From an uncultured Bacilli bacterium (GTDB lineage: Bacteria > Bacillota_I > Bacilli_A > RF39 > UBA660): a DNA stretch of 50,390 nt. The notes beneath the pieces were generated by a model that saw only the letters and a program-made list of their open reading frames with translations, had not been told where the DNA came from and did not search any database. The position numbers and the translations under genes are program-made. Location of the stretch: assembly GCA_947853245.1 (NCBI GenBank), contig CANTWP010000044.1, positions 1 to 50,390 on the forward strand, read 5' to 3'. This document shows, one piece after another, positions 48,193 through 50,390 of the stretch (positions are counted from its first letter, which is position 1; the number at the start of each line of letters is the position of its first letter).

Positions 48193-48319
48193 TAAAATTA
48201 TAAAAACTTATTATTTAAATTCAACAATAAACTACTAACTACACAAGACTTCAATCAAATAAAATGTAATAACATTATTTAAAAAGTTCATAATGACTGA
48301 TCTTTTTGCTTAAAACCAA

Positions 48320-48957
48320 TTATTTTGTAAAATATTGAAAATTAAAACCTAATTTTTTATAAACATTAAAAGCCCTAGGTAAAGATAATATTCTAGCAAA
48401 TATTAAATTATATAATTCATCTATTATAAATATAGAACATAAACTAATGCTTATTATTAAAAATAATTTCTTATTTAACTTACGAGCTAGTACAAAAAGC
48501 AATGGTAAAATAATGTATACTAAAAGTAATCCAGATAATCAAAAGAAGATTACACTTCTTAAACAAACATAACCACCTATATTACCAAAATTTAATATTT
48601 CCTCATTATAACTCCACCATCTGACCTCATTATTAAAGATTGGAACAAAAAAGCCAGTTACCAATTCTCACAATCCACATGATGGCATACTAATTAAAAA
48701 GACTTGTAAAGGTTTCTTTCTTTTTTTATAAGTTATAATATTATCATAGCACCATAAGCATATATATTGATAAATGGTAAAAAATTACCACCTCGATAAT
48801 AAAAACATTTCATGCCACCGTTAAAAAAATAAAAAATAAATTCGTACAACCAACCAAAAACACCAGAAATAACAATTACTAGACAAATAATTCCGACCAT
48901 GACTGAACGATCAAAATGATGTTCATTATTAATGTAATCATTTAACATCTTCTTCAT
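48320..48957 (-). pseudogene. Decayed gene for a PF06541-like ('putative ABC-transporter type IV', DUF1113) membrane protein
   Basis: The N-terminal part (48733-48957: ...GWLYEFIFYFF...YAYGAM) and the C-terminal part (48320-48502) are in different frames. In the downstream frame the middle reads ...KKRKKPLQVFLISMPSCGL-TGA-ELVTGFFVPIFNNEVRWWSYNEEILNFGNIGGYVCLRSVIFF-TGA-LSGLLLVYIILP..., a family-like sequence interrupted by two TGA codons. Confidence 0.7.
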
Positions 48958-49104
48958 TTTACTACTCCTACTACTCTATTTATATTAATTATTATAGCAT
49001 ATCTAAAATATCTTCCGCAAGTAAATTGACTTTTCTAGTTTATTAACTGTTAATGTAAGAATACAAAAAATATAGATTACTGTATCCAGATTTTTTATAT
49101 ATAG

Positions 49105-49737
49105 TTATTCTAATAAATCACTTTTCTTAATAATAAAAGTCTTATTCTTGCTATAAAAAGCATAGAATACGTCTTCTAAAGACAAATGATTATCATCTAA
49201 TATTTTATAAAGCCACTTTTCATCTTTTTTCATATCTTTTAATACTTGATAATCTATATTACCATCTAAAATAATAGGTAATGGATAATCTTTACAAGAT
49301 TTAAAGACCGAAAGTTTACCATTGTTTTCAAGAACAGCGTAGTCTACTTCTTCAATACTTTTAATACCTTGTTCACGAAGTTGACTAATTAAATCATCTA
49401 AAGTATAACGCAATTTAGTCATTTCTTTAAAGCATACTTTTCCACCCTTGATAATAGTCTTAGGATCTCCATCGATGAATTTGCGAAACTTAAAGTTCTT
49501 CAAAGAGATAAATCCTAATAATACTTGAACTAATACTAATACAATAATTGGAACTAATGACATGAAGATCGAACGTTCTGATTCTTCAATAGAAATAGCT
49601 GCTAATTCCGCAATCAATACCGATACAATTAAATCAACAATACTTAATTTCCCTACTTCTTTTTTTCCCATAATACGATATACTACGATAATAAAAAAGT
49701 ATAATACCAAAGTCTTAATAATTATATTCCAATACAT
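49105..49737 (-). CDS. DUF421-domain membrane protein (YrbG/YetF-like)
   Basis: The N-terminal TM region with GKKEVGKLSIVDLIVSVLIAELAA and a C-terminal soluble domain. Its position matches yrbG next to spoVB. Confidence 0.75.
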   Translation of the reverse strand: MYWNIIIKTLVLYFFIIVVYRIMGKKEVGKLSIVDLIVSVLIAELAAISIEESERSIFMSLVPIIVLVLVQVLLGFISLKNFKFRKFIDGDPKTIIKGGKVCFKEMTKLRYTLDDLISQLREQGIKSIEEVDYAVLENNGKLSVFKSCKDYPLPIILDGNIDYQVLKDMKKDEKWLYKILDDNHLSLEDVFYAFYSKNKTFIIKKSDLLE

Positions 49738-49810
49738 ATTATCACCTAGTTTATTATGTTACTAAGAATAATAATTTATTCAAAGAATAAATTTTATTAG
49801 GAGGAAATTT

Positions 49811-50176
49811 ATGAATTATCTAAAAAAGATTGGAAAATCATTATTAATTAGTTTTATAACTATATTGGTTTTTATGTTTTTATTTACTTTATTAGAATAT
49901 ATAGGTTGGATCTCTAATAATACTTTTAAAATAATTATGACTATAATAAATATAATAGCTTTTCTCATAAGTGGTTTAGTATTTGGTAAAAAAAGCAGTA
50001 AAAAAGGATGGTTAGAGGGAATTAAATTAAGTTTAATAGAAATTTTAATCCTCATTATTATAAATTTTTCTTTAGCAACTACAAGTAGTAAAAATATAAT
50101 TCTTTATTTAATTATATTTCTATCTACTACTGTCGGTAGTATTATTGGAGTTAATAAAAATACTAATATAAAATAA
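49811..50176 (+). CDS. Small 3-4 TM membrane protein, YrzE/TIGR04086-like
   Basis: SD AGGAGG, 121 aa, hydrophobic. It is divergent from the DUF421 gene, as yrzE is in Bacillus. Confidence 0.5.
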   Translation: MNYLKKIGKSLLISFITILVFMFLFTLLEYIGWISNNTFKIIMTIINIIAFLISGLVFGKKSSKKGWLEGIKLSLIEILILIIINFSLATTSSKNIILYLIIFLSTTVGSIIGVNKNTNIK

Positions 50177-50336
50177 AAAACTTATAATTTCGGTGTTTTA
50201 AATAAATAGATACTTAGTAATTAAAATTTTACTTATCAAATTTAAACTATTAAAAAAATAGTTCTTATCAATTGTTAAAAAGACTCTTTTGACTATAAAT
50301 TACCAAAGTGATTTAATTATCACTGGAGGTGGTTTA

Positions 50337-50357
50337 ATGGCAAAAAAAGCTTATTAA
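50337..50357 (+). other. 6-codon mini-ORF (MAKKAY) with a consensus SD; a possible leader peptide
   Basis: GGAGGTGG lies 6 nt upstream of the ATG. The mini-ORF is bracketed by the repeated segments AGTGAT (50307-12), ATCACT (50319-24) and AGTGAT (50359-64), which can pair in alternative ways. Confidence 0.3.
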
Positions 50358-50390
50358 AAGTGATAATAAAGAACTTATACCCTTAAGCTT

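Noticed and set aside
48539-48670. The possibility that the in-frame TGAs mean genetic code 4 (TGA=Trp), as in Mollicutes.
   Set aside because: All conserved Trp residues in the housekeeping genes here are TGG. More than 40 long conserved ORFs are intact under the standard code. TGA also functions as the stop in the GTGA and ATGA stop/start overlaps at 8124, 6757 and 37965.
1-50390. A search for CRISPR arrays, tRNA or rRNA genes, transposases or IS ends, and prophage or integrative elements.
   Set aside because: I saw no regularly spaced direct repeats, no tRNA-like GC-rich cloverleaf segments and no transposase-like ORFs. The only recombinase is a XerD-type housekeeping enzyme in an operon context.

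Overview
The window is a very AT-rich chromosomal segment from a low-GC, spore-forming Firmicute. It uses the standard code 11: Trp is TGG throughout, and TGA is used as a stop in several stop/start overlaps. It is almost entirely core genome, and its gene order recalls Bacillus subtilis.

Gene content, in order:
- A phosphoketolase 3' end, spoIIM, mnmA and an orphan HTH gene.
- A long minus-strand gene string: xerD, a kinase-like gene, PMM/PGM, an AlkD-like gene, LicD, a ZIP transporter and a TSCPD gene.
- rarA, then proS-holA-M15 peptidase, mutL, uvrC, ylbL and ylbJ.
- A scrambled type IV pilus / competence-pseudopilus cluster: two minor pilins, an ATPase, a prepilin peptidase and a PilC-like platform protein.
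- A yqfQ-like gene, then trmK, sigA and dnaG (the dnaG-sigA-trmK string on the minus strand).
- A DUF1016 nuclease, then comEA-comEC.
- A T-box-controlled hisS-orf164-aspS-clpX-like operon.
- A TasA/camelysin-like secreted protein, an AI-2E permease, dtd, relA, secDF and comN.
- A spoVB-like gene, a DUF421 (yrbG-like) gene and a yrzE-like gene.

No rRNA, tRNA, CRISPR array, transposase or phage gene was seen.

Items most worth a second look:
1. A roughly 190-nt rod-with-central-bubble RNA with its own extended -10 promoter and a terminator, downstream of aspS/clpX-like. It is probably 6S RNA.
2. A ClpX-family unfoldase in the aspS operon whose zinc-binding N-domain is replaced by a Cys-free domain.
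3. An unknown 164-aa ORF translationally wedged between hisS and aspS.
4. A T-box specifier loop reading GACAC, where Asp and His codons overlap.
5. A PilC homologue with a roughly 185-aa membrane plus coiled-coil N-terminal extension, in a pilus cluster with no major pilin.
6. Two decayed genes: a DUF1016 relic and a PF06541-like pseudogene.
7. Several unannotated small ORFs and one leader-peptide-like element.
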